A DNA stretch of 63,891 nt, the filler included, from Nemertoderma westbladi (taxonomy: Eukaryota; Animalia; Xenacoelomorpha): assembly GCA_032718475.1 (NCBI GenBank). It is 3 parts of 3 records of this genome, joined end to end, with 100 filler letters (N's around TTAATTAATTAA, not from the genome) between each part and the next. Parts side by side here need not be neighbours in the genome. Positions count along the whole stretch, not along the records: positions 1 to 30,283 come from JAUCBJ010004279.1; positions 30,384 to 56,097 come from JAUCBJ010006333.1; 1 more part is not named here. One strand, 5' to 3'. A program made the position numbers and the translations under genes. The notes below the pieces were generated by a model that did not search any database, was not told the DNA's origin, and was given only the letters and a program-made list of their open reading frames with translations. Numbering within the stretch: the stretch's first letter is position 1; every line of letters starts with the position of its first letter. Positions 25,995-38,600 of the stretch are shown here, one piece after another.

Positions 25995-28900
25995 CATTCA
26001 CCACCATTTTTTGGTGGCGAACAGATTGAGGTCCATGATGGAGTCAGTTCACCACCATTTTTTGGTGGCGAACAGATTGAGGTCCATGATGGAGTCAGTT
26101 CACCACCATTTTTTGGTGGCGAACAGATTGAGGTCCATGATGGAGTCAGTTCACCACCAATTTTTGGTGGCGAACAGATTGAGGTCCATGATGGAGTCAG
26201 TTCACCACCATTTTTTGGTGGCGAACAGATTGAGGTCCATGATGGAGTCAGTTCACCACCATTTTTTGGTGGCGAACAGATTGAGGTCCATGATGGAGTC
26301 AGTTCACCACCATTTTTTGGTGGCGAACAGATTGAGGTCAATGTCCATGATGGAGTCAGTTCACCACCATTTTTTGGTGGCGAACAGATTGAGGTCCATG
26401 ATGGAGTCAGTTCACCACCATTTTTTGGTGGCGAACAGATTGAGGTCCATGATGGAGTCAGTTCACCACCATTTTTTGGTGGCGAACAGATTGAGGTCCA
26501 TGATGGAGTCAGTTCACCACCATTTTTTGGTGGCGAACAGATTGAGGTCCATGATGGAGTCAGTTCACCACCATTTTTTGGTGGCGAACAGATTGAGGTC
26601 CATGATGGAGTCAGTTCACCACCATTTTTTGGTGGCGAACAGATTGAGGTCCATGATGGAGTCAGTTCACCACCATTTTTTGGTGGCGAACAGATTGAGG
26701 TCCATGATGGAGTCAGTTCACCACCATTTTTTGGTGGCGAACAGATTGAGGTCCATGATGGAGTCAGTTCACCACCATTTTTTGGTGGCGAACAGATTGA
26801 GGTCCATGATGGAGTCAGTTCACCACCATTTTTTGGTGGCGAACAGATTGAGGTCCATGATGGAGTCAGTTCACCACCATTTTTTGGTGGCGAACAGATT
26901 GAGGTCCATGATGGAGTCAGTTCACCACCATTTTTTGGTGGCGAACAGATTGAGGTCCATGATGGAGTCAGTTCACCACCATTTTTTGGTGGCGAACAGA
27001 TTGAGGTCCATGATGGAGTCAGTTCACCACCATTTTTTGGTGGCGAACAGATTGAGGTCCATGATGGAGTCAGTTCACCACCATTTTTTGGTGGCGAACA
27101 GATTGAGGTCCATGATGGAGTCAGTTCACCACCATTTTTTGGTGGCGAACAGATTGAGGTCCATGATGGAGTCAGTTCACCACCATTTTTTGGTGGCGAA
27201 CAGATTGAGGTCCATGATGGAGTCAGTTCACCACCATTTTTTGGTGGCGAACAGATTGAGGTCCATGATGGAGTCAGTTCACCACCATTTTTTGGTGGCG
27301 AACAGATTGAGGTCCATGATGGAGTCAGTTCACCACCATTTTTTGGTGGCGAACAGATTGAGGTCCATGATGGAGTCAGTTCACCACCATTTTTTGGTGG
27401 CGAACAGATTGAGGTCCATGATGGAGTCAGTTCACCACCATTTTTTGGTGGCGAACAGATTGAGGTCCATGATGGAGTCAGTTCACCACCATTTTTTGGT
27501 GGCGAACAGATTGAGGTCCATGATGGAGTCAGTTCACCACCATTTTTTGGTGGCGAACAGATTGAGGTCCATGATGGAGTCAGTTCACCACCATTTTTTG
27601 GTGGCGAACAGATTGAGGTCCATGATGGAGTCAGTTCACCACCATTTTTTGGTGGCGAACAGATTGAGGTCCATGATGGAGTCAGTTCACCACCATTTTT
27701 TGGTGGCGAACAGATTGAGGTCCATGATGGAGTCAGTTCACCACCATTTTTTGGTGGCGAACAGATTGAGGTCCATGATGGAGTCAGTTCACCACCATTT
27801 TTTGGTGGCGAACAGATTGAGGTCCATGATGGAGTCAGTTCACCACCATTTTTTGGTGGCGAACAGATTGAGGTCCATGATGGAGTCAGTTCACCACCAT
27901 TTTTTGGTGGCGAACAGATTGAGGTCCATGATGGAGTCAGTTCACCACCATTTTTTGGTGGCGAACAGATTGAGGTCCATGATGGAGTCAGTTCACCACC
28001 ATTTTTTGGTGGCGAACAGATTGAGGTCCATGATGGAGTCAGTTCACCACCATTTTTTGGTGGCGAACAGATTGAGGTCCATGATGGAGTCAGTTCACCA
28101 CCATTTTTTGGTGGCGAACAGATTGAGGTCCATGATGGAGTCAGTTCACCACCATTTTTTGGTGGCGAACAGATTGAGGTCCATGATGGAGTCTAGTTCA
28201 CCACCATTTTTTGGTGGCGAACAGATTGAGGTCCATGATGGAGTCAGTTCACCACCATTTTTTGGTGGCGAACAGATTGAGGTCCATGATGGAGTCAGTT
28301 CACCACCATTTTTTGGTGGCGAACAGATTGAGGTCCATGATGGAGTCAGTTCACCACCATTTTTTGGTGGCGAACAGATTGAGGTCCATGATGGAGTCAG
28401 TTCACCACCATTTTTTGGTGGCGAACAGATTGAGGTCCATGATGGAGTCAGTTCACCACCATTTTTTGGTGGCGAACAGATTGAGGTCCATGATGGAGTC
28501 AGTTCACCACCATTTTTTGGTGGCGAACAGATTGAGGTCCATGATGGAGTCAGTTCACCACCATTTTTTGGTGGCGAACAGATTGAGGTCCATGATGGAG
28601 TCAGTTCACCACCATTTTTTGGTGGCGAACAGATTGAGGTCCATGATGGAGTCAGTTCACCACCATTTTTTGGTGGCGAACAGATTGAGGTCCATGATGG
28701 AGTCAGTTCACCACCATTTTTTGGTGGCGAACAGATTGAGGTCCATGATGGAGTCAGTTCACCACCATTTTTTGGTGGCGAACAGATTGAGGTCCATGAT
28801 GGAGTCAGTTCACCACCATTTTTTGGTGGCGAACAGATTGAGGTCCATGATGGAGTCAGTTCACCACCATTTTTTGGTGGCGAACAGATTGAGGTCCATG

Positions 28901-30283
28901 ATGGAGTCAGTTCACCACCATTTTTTGGTGGCGAACAGATTGAGGTCCATGATGGAGTCAGTTCACCACCATTTTTTGGTGGCGAACAGATTGAGGTCCA
29001 TGATGGAGTCAGTTCACCACCATTTTTTGGTGGCGAACAGATTGAGGTCCATGATGGAGTCAGTTCACCACCATTTTTTGGTGGCGAACAGATTGAGGTC
29101 CATGATGGAGTCAGTTCACCACCATTTTTTGGTGGCGAACAGATTGAGGTCCATGATGGAGTCAGTTCACCACCATTTTTTGGTGGCGAACAGATTGAGG
29201 TCCATGATGGAGTCAGTTCACCACCATTTTTTGGTGGCGAACAGATTGAGGTCCATGATGGAGTCTTGTTCACCACCATTTTTTGGTGGCGAACAGATTG
29301 AGGTCCATGATGGAGTCAGTTCACCACCATTTTTTGGTGGCGAACAGATTGAGGTCCATGATGGAGTCAGTTCACCACCATTTTTTGGTGGCGAACAGAT
29401 TGAGGTCCATGATGGAGTCAGTTCACCACCATTTTTTGGTGGCGAACAGATTGAGGTCCATGATGGAGTCAGTTCACCACCATTTTTTGGTGGCGAACAG
29501 ATTGAGGTCCATGATGGAGTCAGTTCACCACCATTTTTTGGTGGCGAACAGATTGAGGTCCATGATGGAGTCAGTTCACCACCATTTTTTGGTGGCGAAC
29601 AGATTGAGGTCCATGATGGAGTCAGTTCACCACCATTTTTTGGTGGCGAACAGATTGAGGTCCATGATGGAGTCAGTTCACCACCATTTTTTGGTGGCGA
29701 ACAGATTGAGGTCCATGATGGAGTCAGTTCACCACCATTTTTTGGTGGCGAACAGATTGAGGTCCATGATGGAGTCAGTTCACCACCATTTTTTGGTGGC
29801 GAACAGATTGAGGTCCATGATGGAGTCAGTTCACCACCATTTTTTGGTGGCGAACAGATTGAGGTCCATGATGGAGTCAGTTCACCACCATTTTTTGGTG
29901 GCGAACAGATTGAGGTCCATGATGGAGTCAGTTCACCACCATTTTTTGGTGGCGAACAGATTGAGGTCCATGATGGAGTCAGTTCACCACCATTTTTTGG
30001 TGGCGAACAGATTGAGGTCCATGATGGAGTCAGTTCACCACCATTTTTTGGTGGCGAACAGATTGAGGTCCATGATGGAGTCAGTTCACCACCATTTTTT
30101 GGTGGCGAACAGATTGAGGTCCATGATGGAGTCAGTTCACCACCATTTTTTGGTGGCGAACAGATTGAGGTCCATGATGGAGTGTTGTTCACCACCATTT
30201 TTTGGTGGCGAACAGATTGAGGTCCATGATGGAGTCAGTTCACCACCATTTTTTGGTGGCGAACAGATTGAGGTCCATGATGG
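25995..30283. repeat. 51-bp tandem array, about 84 near-identical copies, running into a gap
   Basis: Unit GTTCACCACCATTTTTTGGTGGCGAACAGATTGAGGTCCATGATGGAGTCA. Only a handful of variants, near 26160, 26340, 28194, 29266 and 30184. Confidence 0.98.
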
Positions 30284-30383
30284 NNNNNNNNNNNNNNNNN
30301 NNNNNNNNNNNNNNNNNNNNNNNNNNNTTAATTAATTAANNNNNNNNNNNNNNNNNNNNNNNNNNNNNNNNNNNNNNNNNNNN
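30284..30383. other. Assembly gap with artificial six-frame stop linker
   Basis: 100-nt N block with TTAATTAATTAA at 30328-30339; identical construct at 56098-56197. Confidence 0.95.
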
Positions 30384-30913
30384 CCCTTCCCGGATCCAAT
30401 AAAACTTGGTAATTAACTTGAATCCGCGTTTACACCACTTCCCGGATCCAGAAACACTTTGTAATTAACCTGAATCCGCGCTTTACGTCCCTTCCCGGAT
30501 CCAATAAAACTTGGTAATTAACTTGAATCCGCGTTTACACCACTTCCCGGATCAAGTAACACTTAGTAATAAACCTGAATCCGCGTTTCACACCCCTTCC
30601 CGGATCCAGTAACATTTTGAAATTAACCTGAATCTGTATTTTACACCCAATCCCGGATTCAGTAGAATTATGAATCCGCGTTTTACACTCCGTTCAGGAT
30701 TTAGCCTAAAACATGAATCCGCGATTTACACTCCGTTCCGGATCTGAAAAAAGGCCAATCCGCGTTTTACACTCGGTTACGCATTCGGTAAATTTAGCAG
30801 TGCACGGATCCGCAGATTACACCCTAAAAATGTCAATTCAGTCGACTTCCATAGGGACAATGTTAAATGATAGAATCCGGATCCTGATCCGGATCCGCGT
30901 TTTACTCTGACCC
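30384..30913. mobile_element. Right end of a DNA transposon with a repeat-built long TIR (Mutator-like, tentative)
   Basis: Tandem units of about 57-60 bp containing GAATCCGCGTTTACAC and CCCGGATCC, decaying toward a terminus CGGATCCGCGTTTTACTCTGACCC. Left part lost in the gap. Confidence 0.45.
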
Positions 30914-32537
30914 ATTTGGTGGTACATGATAAACTTTAGAGATAAATAATATCTTATACTTTCGTTGGCAGCAAGAGTATAACTGCTAATAGGCGGGAAT
31001 GCCCGCTGAATGGCACAATCTCACTGTAAGTCGGATTTCTTAAACGACGCTTGCTGTAAAATAAAGTGTGGATTATTCGCTATGAAGTAACCAAAGCAAC
31101 AAGTTTATCAACGATTTATAAATAAGTGGAAAAAGTTTTCGTAAATTTTATTTTTTAGAGTTATCATTGGGTTAATACTTAATTATTTTAATTTTTGTAA
31201 TCTATGTTCCAAGTCAGTCAATAAATAGCTCGATTTTAATGTCCCTCCTGGTAATGTATTGTATTTTAAATGTCCATATTCTTTGTCTTTCATGGCCTAT
31301 CTGTGTTTAAGCAAACTCCATTAATTCAATATCGATATTGAAGTTATCTCGTATATAAAATAGGTTTGTTTTATTTCCTTATTTTAGATATTCCATAATG
31401 AGGTAAACCCTTTACTTGTTTAATTTCCGGGTGTTGGTGGCTTCTGTTATCCGCAACTATAAATACCTGTTTTTCTGCACGCGAGATATTTTTTACGTTT
31501 TTTTGTCTTTATTGCACTTACAATTACTTTATCATACGATGCATATTCGAGTAGTAAACGTACTATGCATTTAGGCTATTACCCCGTATTGACACTAAGA
31601 CCATGCACACCATTGCACCAAAGCACCCACACCACTACCATCACCACAACACTGCTTGTGTCTCTGTATTATTTACTCTCCTCATCCCAACTAATTAATT
31701 ACTTATTTCTGAGTTGGGGGGGCCACTTACGTTTATTACGGCTGTAGATTTCCAATCCTTTCAGACTCAGTCCAATGATTTCAATCCATTGTACTGTATA
31801 ACGTGTCATGGTCTATATGTTAACAATAAGTGACACAATTTTATTTTTCTCATTTGACAATTTTATAATTTACTTTCGAATTTAGAGATGTTACTATTGT
31901 TTTTATGAGTAAATTAATTTTGATTTCATAGTTTAATAAATTTTTAATTACTTCCCTTGGAATTTTGAATTTCGATAATGAATAGTTGGGCTGGTAACCC
32001 TTTGACCTTTATGCTGCCACCAAACTGTTTACTATTTTGTTGCTATATTTCCTTATTGGTTGTGGGTATATAATTTGCTTTTCTTGATGTATGTAACGTT
32101 ACTTACTATAGTCTTTCTTAAACGCTGCTAATATGTAGGTATTGTGTTTCGATATGAATGTCATCTTAATATTATAAACACAAAATTCATAGCTAAACTT
32201 TTACCCAAATTTGTTTGAATCATAGGGGTGCTCTTGACGCAGGTAAAATTAGGTCCTCCCCAAGGGAGAATCGATGCAAATAACAGTAAATTACGATCTA
32301 AAAATTATAAAAAATATCATGAGAGAGTCTTTCTATGAAACTCTGTGAAATCTTGTGTTATTGACTGCAACTTATTGTTTTGAGTAGAACACCCCTCCAC
32401 TGTCTGACATTGTTGATTCGACCACATGGGAATATGGTCGATGTTTCGTGTTTTTCATGTACACGAACTACTAAATACAGACAGTTAGGCCCATTTGACT
32501 CTCTAATTTAATAACTTTACAATTATTAAACGTTTAG

Positions 32538-32665
32538 GAAACTGGAAGAAAATTCCTACAACAGAAGCCGAGACTTTAAAGATGAAGATTGGAATTATCG
32601 TCACCAGGTTTACAAGCAAATCCAAGCGGGTGGTGAGATTCCACCGGAAGGGCTGTCTATGAGAG
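32538..32665 (+). CDS. Internal exon of a SORBS/CAP-like adaptor gene
   Basis: tttAG acceptor; reads KLEENSYNRSRDFKDEDWNYRHQVYKQIQAGGEIPPEGLSMR, with YKQIQxGGEIPxxGL recalling invertebrate CAP/sorbin proteins. Phase-1 donor AG|GTTGGT at 32666 (alternative phase-1 donor G|GTGAGA at 32633); phase fits the acceptor at 43102. Confidence 0.65.
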
Positions 32666-35600
32666 GTTGGTTGTTTGTTGTAGAGGAATGAGTGCTGATT
32701 GGTTGGAAGGATTTGTCTATGGGAGGTTGGTTGGTTGTTGTAGAGGAATGAGTGCTGATTGGTTGGAAGGATTTGTCTATGGGAGGTTGGTTGGTTGTTG
32801 TAGAGGAATGAGTGCTGATTGGTTGGATGGACTGTCTATGGGAGGTTGGTTGGTTGTTGTAGAGGAATGAGTGCTGATTGGTTGGATGGACTGTCTATGG
32901 GAGGTTGGTTGGTTGTTGTAGAGGAATGAGTGCTGATTAGTTGGATGGACTGTCTATAGGAGGTTGGTTGGTTGTTGTAGAGGAATGAGTGCTGATTGGT
33001 TGGATGGACTGTCTATAGGAGGTTGGTTGGGTGTTGTAGAGGAATGAGTGCTGATTGGTTGGATGGACTGTCTATGAGAGGTTGGTTGGTTGTTGTAGAG
33101 GAATGAGTGCTGATTGGTTGGAAGTATTTGTCTATGGGAGGTTGGTTGGTTGAGGTAGAGGAATGAGTGCTGATTGGTTGGATGGATGGACTGTCTATAG
33201 GAGGTTGGTTGGTTGTTGTAGAGGAATGAGTGCTGATTGGTTGGAAGGATTTGTCTATGGGAGGTTGGTTGGTTGTTGTAGAGGAATGAGTGCTGATTGG
33301 TTGGAAGTATTTGTCTATGGGAGGTTGGTTGGTTGAGGTAGAGGAATGAGTGCTGATTGGTTGGATGGACTGTCTATGGGAGGTTGGTTGGTTGTTGTAG
33401 ATGAATGAGTGCTGATTGGTTGGAAGGATTTGTCTATGGGAGGTTGGTTGGTTGTTGTAGAGGAATGAGTGCTGATTGGTTGGAAGGATTTGTCTATGGG
33501 AGGTTGGTTGGTTGTTGTAGAGGAATGAGTGCTGATTGGTTGGAAGTATTTGTCTATGGGAGGTTGGTTGGTTGTTGTAGAGGAATGAGTGCTAATTGGT
33601 TGGATGGACTGTCTATGGGAGGTTGGTTGGGTGTTGTAGAGGAATGAGTGCTGATTGGTTGGATGGACTGTCTATGGGAGGTTGGTTGGTTGTTGTAGAG
33701 GAATGAGTGCTGATTGGTTGGATGGACTGTCTATGGGAGGTTGGTTGGTTGTTGTAGAGGAATGAGTGATGATTGGTTGGATGGACTGTCTATTGGAGGT
33801 TGGTTGGTTGAGGTAGAGGAATGAGTGCTGATTGGTTGGATGGACTGTCTATGGGAGGTTGGTTGGTTGAGGTAGAGGAATGAGTGCTGATTGGTTGGAA
33901 GTATTTGTCTGTTGGTTGGTTGTTGTAGAGGAATGAGTGCTAATTGGTTGGATGGACTGTCTATGGGAGGTTGGTTGGGTGTTGTAGAGGAATGAGTGCT
34001 GATTGGTTGGATGGACTGTCTATGGGAGGTTGGTTGGTTGAGCTAGAGGAATGAGTGCTGATTGGTTGGAAGTATTTGTCTATGGGAGGTTGGTTGGTTG
34101 TTGTAGAGGAATGAGTGCTAATTGGTTGGATGGACTGTCTATGGGAGGTTGGTTGGGTGTTGTAGAGGAATGAGTGCTGATTGGTTGCATGGACTGTCTA
34201 TGGGAGGTTGGTTGGTTGTTGTAGAGGAATGAGTGATGATTGGTTGGATGGACTGTCTATTGGAGGTTGGTTGGTTGAGGTAGAGGAATGAGTGCTGATT
34301 GGTTGGATGGACTGTCTATGGGAGGTTGGTTGGTTGTTGTAGAGGAATGAGTGCTGATTGGTTGGATGGACTGTCTATGAGAGGTTGGTTGGTTGTTGTA
34401 GAGGAATGAGTGCTGATTGGTTGGATGGACTGTCTATGGGAGGTTGGTTGGTTGAGGTAGAGGAATGAGTGCTGATTGGTTGGATGGACTGTCTATGGGA
34501 GGTTGGTTGGTTGTTGTAGAGGAATGAGTGCTGATTGGTTGGATGGACTGTCTATGAGAGGTTGGTTGGTTGTTGTAGAGGAATGAGTGCTGATTGGTTG
34601 GATGGACTGTCTATGGGAGGTTGGTTGGTTGAGGTAGAGGAATGAGTGCTGATTGGTTGGAAGTATTTGTCTATGGGAGGTTGGTTAGTTGTTGTAGAGG
34701 AATGAGTGCTAATTGGTTGGATGGACTGTCTATGGGAGGTTGGTTGGGTGTTGTAGAGGAATGAGTGCTGATTGGTTGGATGGACTGTCTATGGGAGGTT
34801 GGTTGGTTGTTGTAGAGGAATGAGTGATGATTGGTTGGATGGACTGTCTATTGGAGGTTGGTTGGTTGAGGTAGAGGAATGAGTGCTGATTGGTTGGATG
34901 GACTGTCTATGGGAGGTTGGTTGGTTGTTGTAGAGGAATGAGTGCTGATTGGTTGTATGGACTGTCTATGAGAGGTTGGTTGGTTGTTGTAGAGGAATGA
35001 GTGCTGATTGGTTGGATGGACTGTCTATGGGAGGTTGGTTGGTTGTTGTAGAGGAATGAGTGCTGATTGGTTGGATGGACTGTCTATGAGAGGTTGGTTG
35101 GTTGTTGTAGAGGAATGAGTGCTGATTAGTTGGATGGACTGTCTATAGGAGGTTGGTTGGTTGTTGTAGAGGAATGAGTGCTGATTGGTTGGATGGATGG
35201 ACTGTCTATAGGAGGTTGGTTGGTTGTTGTAGAGGAATGAGTGCTGATTGGTTGGAAGGATTTGTCTATGGGAGGTTGGTTGGTTGTTGTAGAGGAATGA
35301 GTGCTGATTGGTTGGAAGTATTTGTCTATGGGAGGTTGGTTGGTTGAGGTAGAGGAATGAGTGCTGATTGGTTGGAAGGATTTGTCTATGGGAGGTTGGT
35401 TGGTTGAGGTAGAGGAATGAGTGCTGATTGGTTGGATGGACTGTCTATGGGAGGTTGGTTGGTTGTTGTAGATGAATGAGTGCTGATTGGTTGGAAGGAT
35501 TTGTCTATGGGAGGTTGGTTGGTTGTTGTAGAGGAATGAGTGCTGATTGGTTGGAAGGATTTGTCTATGGGAGGTTGGTTGGTTGTTGTAGAGGAATGAG

Positions 35601-38600
35601 TGCTGATTGGTTGGAAGTATTTGTCTATGGGAGGTTGGTTGGTTGTTGTAGAGGAATGAGTGCTAATTGGTTGGATGGACTGTCTATGGGAGGTTGGTTG
35701 GGTGTTGTAGAGGAATGAGTGCTGATTGGTTGGATGGACTGTCTATGGGAGGTTGGTTGGTTGTTGTAGAGGAATGAGTGCTGATTGGTTGGATGGACTG
35801 TCTATTGGAGGTTGGTTGGTTGAGGTAGAGGAATGAGTGCTGATTGGTTGGATGGACTGTCTATGGGAGGTTGGTTGGTTGAGGTAGAGGAATGAGTGCT
35901 GATTGGTTGGATGGACTGTCTATGAGAGGTTGGTTGGTTGTTGTAGAGGAATGAGTGCTGATTGGTTGGATGGACTGTCTATGAGAGGTTGGTTGGTTGT
36001 TGTAGAGGAATGAGTGCTGATTGGTTGGATGGACTGTCTATGAGAGGTTGGTTTGGTGTTGTAGATGAATGAGTGCTGATTGGTTGGATGGACTGTCTAT
36101 GGGAGGTTGGTTGGTTGTTGTAGAGGGATGAGTGCTGATTGGTTGGATGGACTGTCTATGGGAGGTTGGTTTGGTGTTGTAGAGGAATGAGTGCTGATTG
36201 GTTGGATGGACTGTCTATGGGAGGTTGGTTTGGTGTTGTAGAGGAATGAGTGCTGATTGGTTGGAAGTATTTGTCTATAGGAGGTTGGTTGGTTGAGGTA
36301 GAGGAATGAGTGGTGATTGGTTGGATGGACTGTCTATGAGAGGTTGGTTGGTTGTTGTAGAGGAATGAGTGCTGATTGGTTGGATGGACTGTCTATGAGA
36401 GGTTGGTTGGTTGTTGTAGAGGAATGAGTGCTGATTGGTTGGATGGACTGTCTATGGGAGGTTGGTTGGTTGTTGTAGAGGAATGAGTGCTGATTGGTTG
36501 GAAGGATTTGTCTATGGGAGGTTGGTTGGTTGTTGTAGAGGAATGAGTGCTGATTGGTTGGAAGTATTTGTCTATGGGAGGTTGGTTGGTTGTTGTAGAG
36601 GAATGAGTGCTGATTGGTTGGAAGGATTTGTCTATGGGAGGTTGGTTGGTTGTTGTAGAGGAATGAGTGCTGATTGGTTGGAAGTATTTGTCTATGGGAG
36701 GTTGGTTGGGTGTTGTAGAGGAATGAGTGCTGATTGGTTGGATGGACTGTCTATGGGAGGTTGGTTGGTTGTTGGAGAGGAATGAGTGCTGATTGGTTGG
36801 ATGGACTGTCTATGGGAGGTTGGTTGGTTGTTGTAGAGGAATGAGTGCTGATTGGTTGGAAGTATTTGTCTATGGGAGGTTGGTTGGTTGTTGTAGAGGA
36901 ATGAGTGCTGATTGGTTGGAAGGATTTGTCTATGGGAGGTTGGTTGGTTGTTGTAGAGGAATGAGTGCTGATTGGTTGGAAGTATTTGTCTATGGGAGGT
37001 TGGTTGGTTGTTGTAGAGGAATGAGTGCTAATTGGTTGGATGGACTGTCTATGGGAGGTTGGTTGGGTGTTGTAGAGGAATGAGTGCTGATTGGTTGGAT
37101 GGACTGTCTATGGGAGGTTGGTTGGTTGTTGTAGAGGAATGAGTGCTGATTGGTTGGATGGACTGTCTATTGGAGGTTGGTTGGTTGAGGTAGAGGAATG
37201 AGTGCTGATTGGTTGGATGGACTGTCTATGGGAGGTTGGTTGGTTGAGGTAGAGGAATGAGTGCTGATTGGTTGGATGGACTGTCTATGAGAGGTTGGTT
37301 GGTTGTTGTAGAGGAATGAGTGCTGATTGGTTGGATGGACTGTCTATGAGAGGTTGGTTGGTTGTTGTAGAGGAATGAGTGCTGATTGGTTGGATGGACT
37401 GTCTATGAGAGGTTGGTTTGGTGTTGTAGATGAATGAGTGCTGATTGGTTGGATGGACTGTCTATGGGAGGTTGGTTGGTTGTTGTAGAGGGATGAGTGC
37501 TGATTGGTTGGATGGACTGTCTATGGGAGGTTGGTTTGGTGTTGTAGAGGAATGAGTGCTGATTGGTTGGATGGACTGTCTATGGGAGGTTGGTTTGGTG
37601 TTGTAGAGGAATGAGTGCTGATTGGTTGGAAGTATTTGTCTATAGGAGGTTGGTTGGTTGAGGTAGAGGAATGAGTGCTGATTGGTTGGATGGACTGTCT
37701 ATGGGAGGTTGGTTTGGTGTTGTAGAGGAATGAGTGCTGATTGGTTGGAAGTATTTGTCTATAGGAGGTTGGTTGGTTGAGGTAGAGGAATGAGTGCTGA
37801 TTGGTTGGATGGACTGTCTATGAGAGGTTGGTTGGTTGTTGTAGAGGAATGAGTGCTGATTGGTTGGATGGACTGTCTATGAGAGGTTGGTTGGTTGTTG
37901 TAGAGGAATGAGTGCTGATTGGTTGGATGGACTGTCTATGAGAGGTTGGTTGGTTGTTGTAGAGGAATGAGTGATGATTGGTTGGATGGACTGTCTATTG
38001 GAGGTTGGTTGGTTGAGGTAGAGGAATGAGTGCTGATTGGTTGGATGGACTGTCTATGGGAGGTTGGTTGGTTGTTGTAGAGGAATGAGTGCTGATTGGT
38101 TGGATGGACTGTCTATGAGAGGTTGGTTGGTTGTTGTAGAGGAATGAGTGCTGATTGGTTGGATGGACTGTCTATGAGAGGTTGGTTGGTTGTTGTAGAG
38201 GAATGAGTGCTGATTAGTTGGATGGACTGTCTATAGGAGGTTGGTTGGTTGTTGTAGAGGAATGAGTGCTGATTGGTTGGATGGATGGACTGTCTATAGG
38301 AGGTTGGTTGGTTGTTGTAGAGGAATGAGTGCTGATTGGTTGGAAGGATTTGTCTATGGGAGGTTGGTTGGTTGTTGTAGAGGAATGAGTGCTGATTGGT
38401 TGGAAGTATTTGTCTATGGGAGGTTGGTTGGTTGAGGTAGAGGAATGAGTGCTGATTGGTTGGAAGGATTTGTCTATGGGAGGTTGGTTGGTTGAGGTAG
38501 AGGAATGAGTGCTGATTGGTTGGATGGACTGTCTATGGGAGGTTGGTTGGTTGTTGTAGATGAATGAGTGCTGATTGGTTGGAAGGATTTGTCTATGGGA

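Noticed and set aside
25911-30335. Long ORFs (761, 1108, 669, 350 aa) as protein-coding genes, or the array as CRISPR
   Set aside because: The ORFs follow from a 51-bp unit lacking stops, with essentially no synonymous divergence and with frame-switching indels. There are no unique spacers or cas genes, and the context is eukaryotic.
30328-30339. TTAATTAATTAA motif within N runs (also 56142-56153)
   Set aside because: Identical and centred in 100-nt gaps, so it is an artificial linker. Adjacency across the gaps is therefore not guaranteed.
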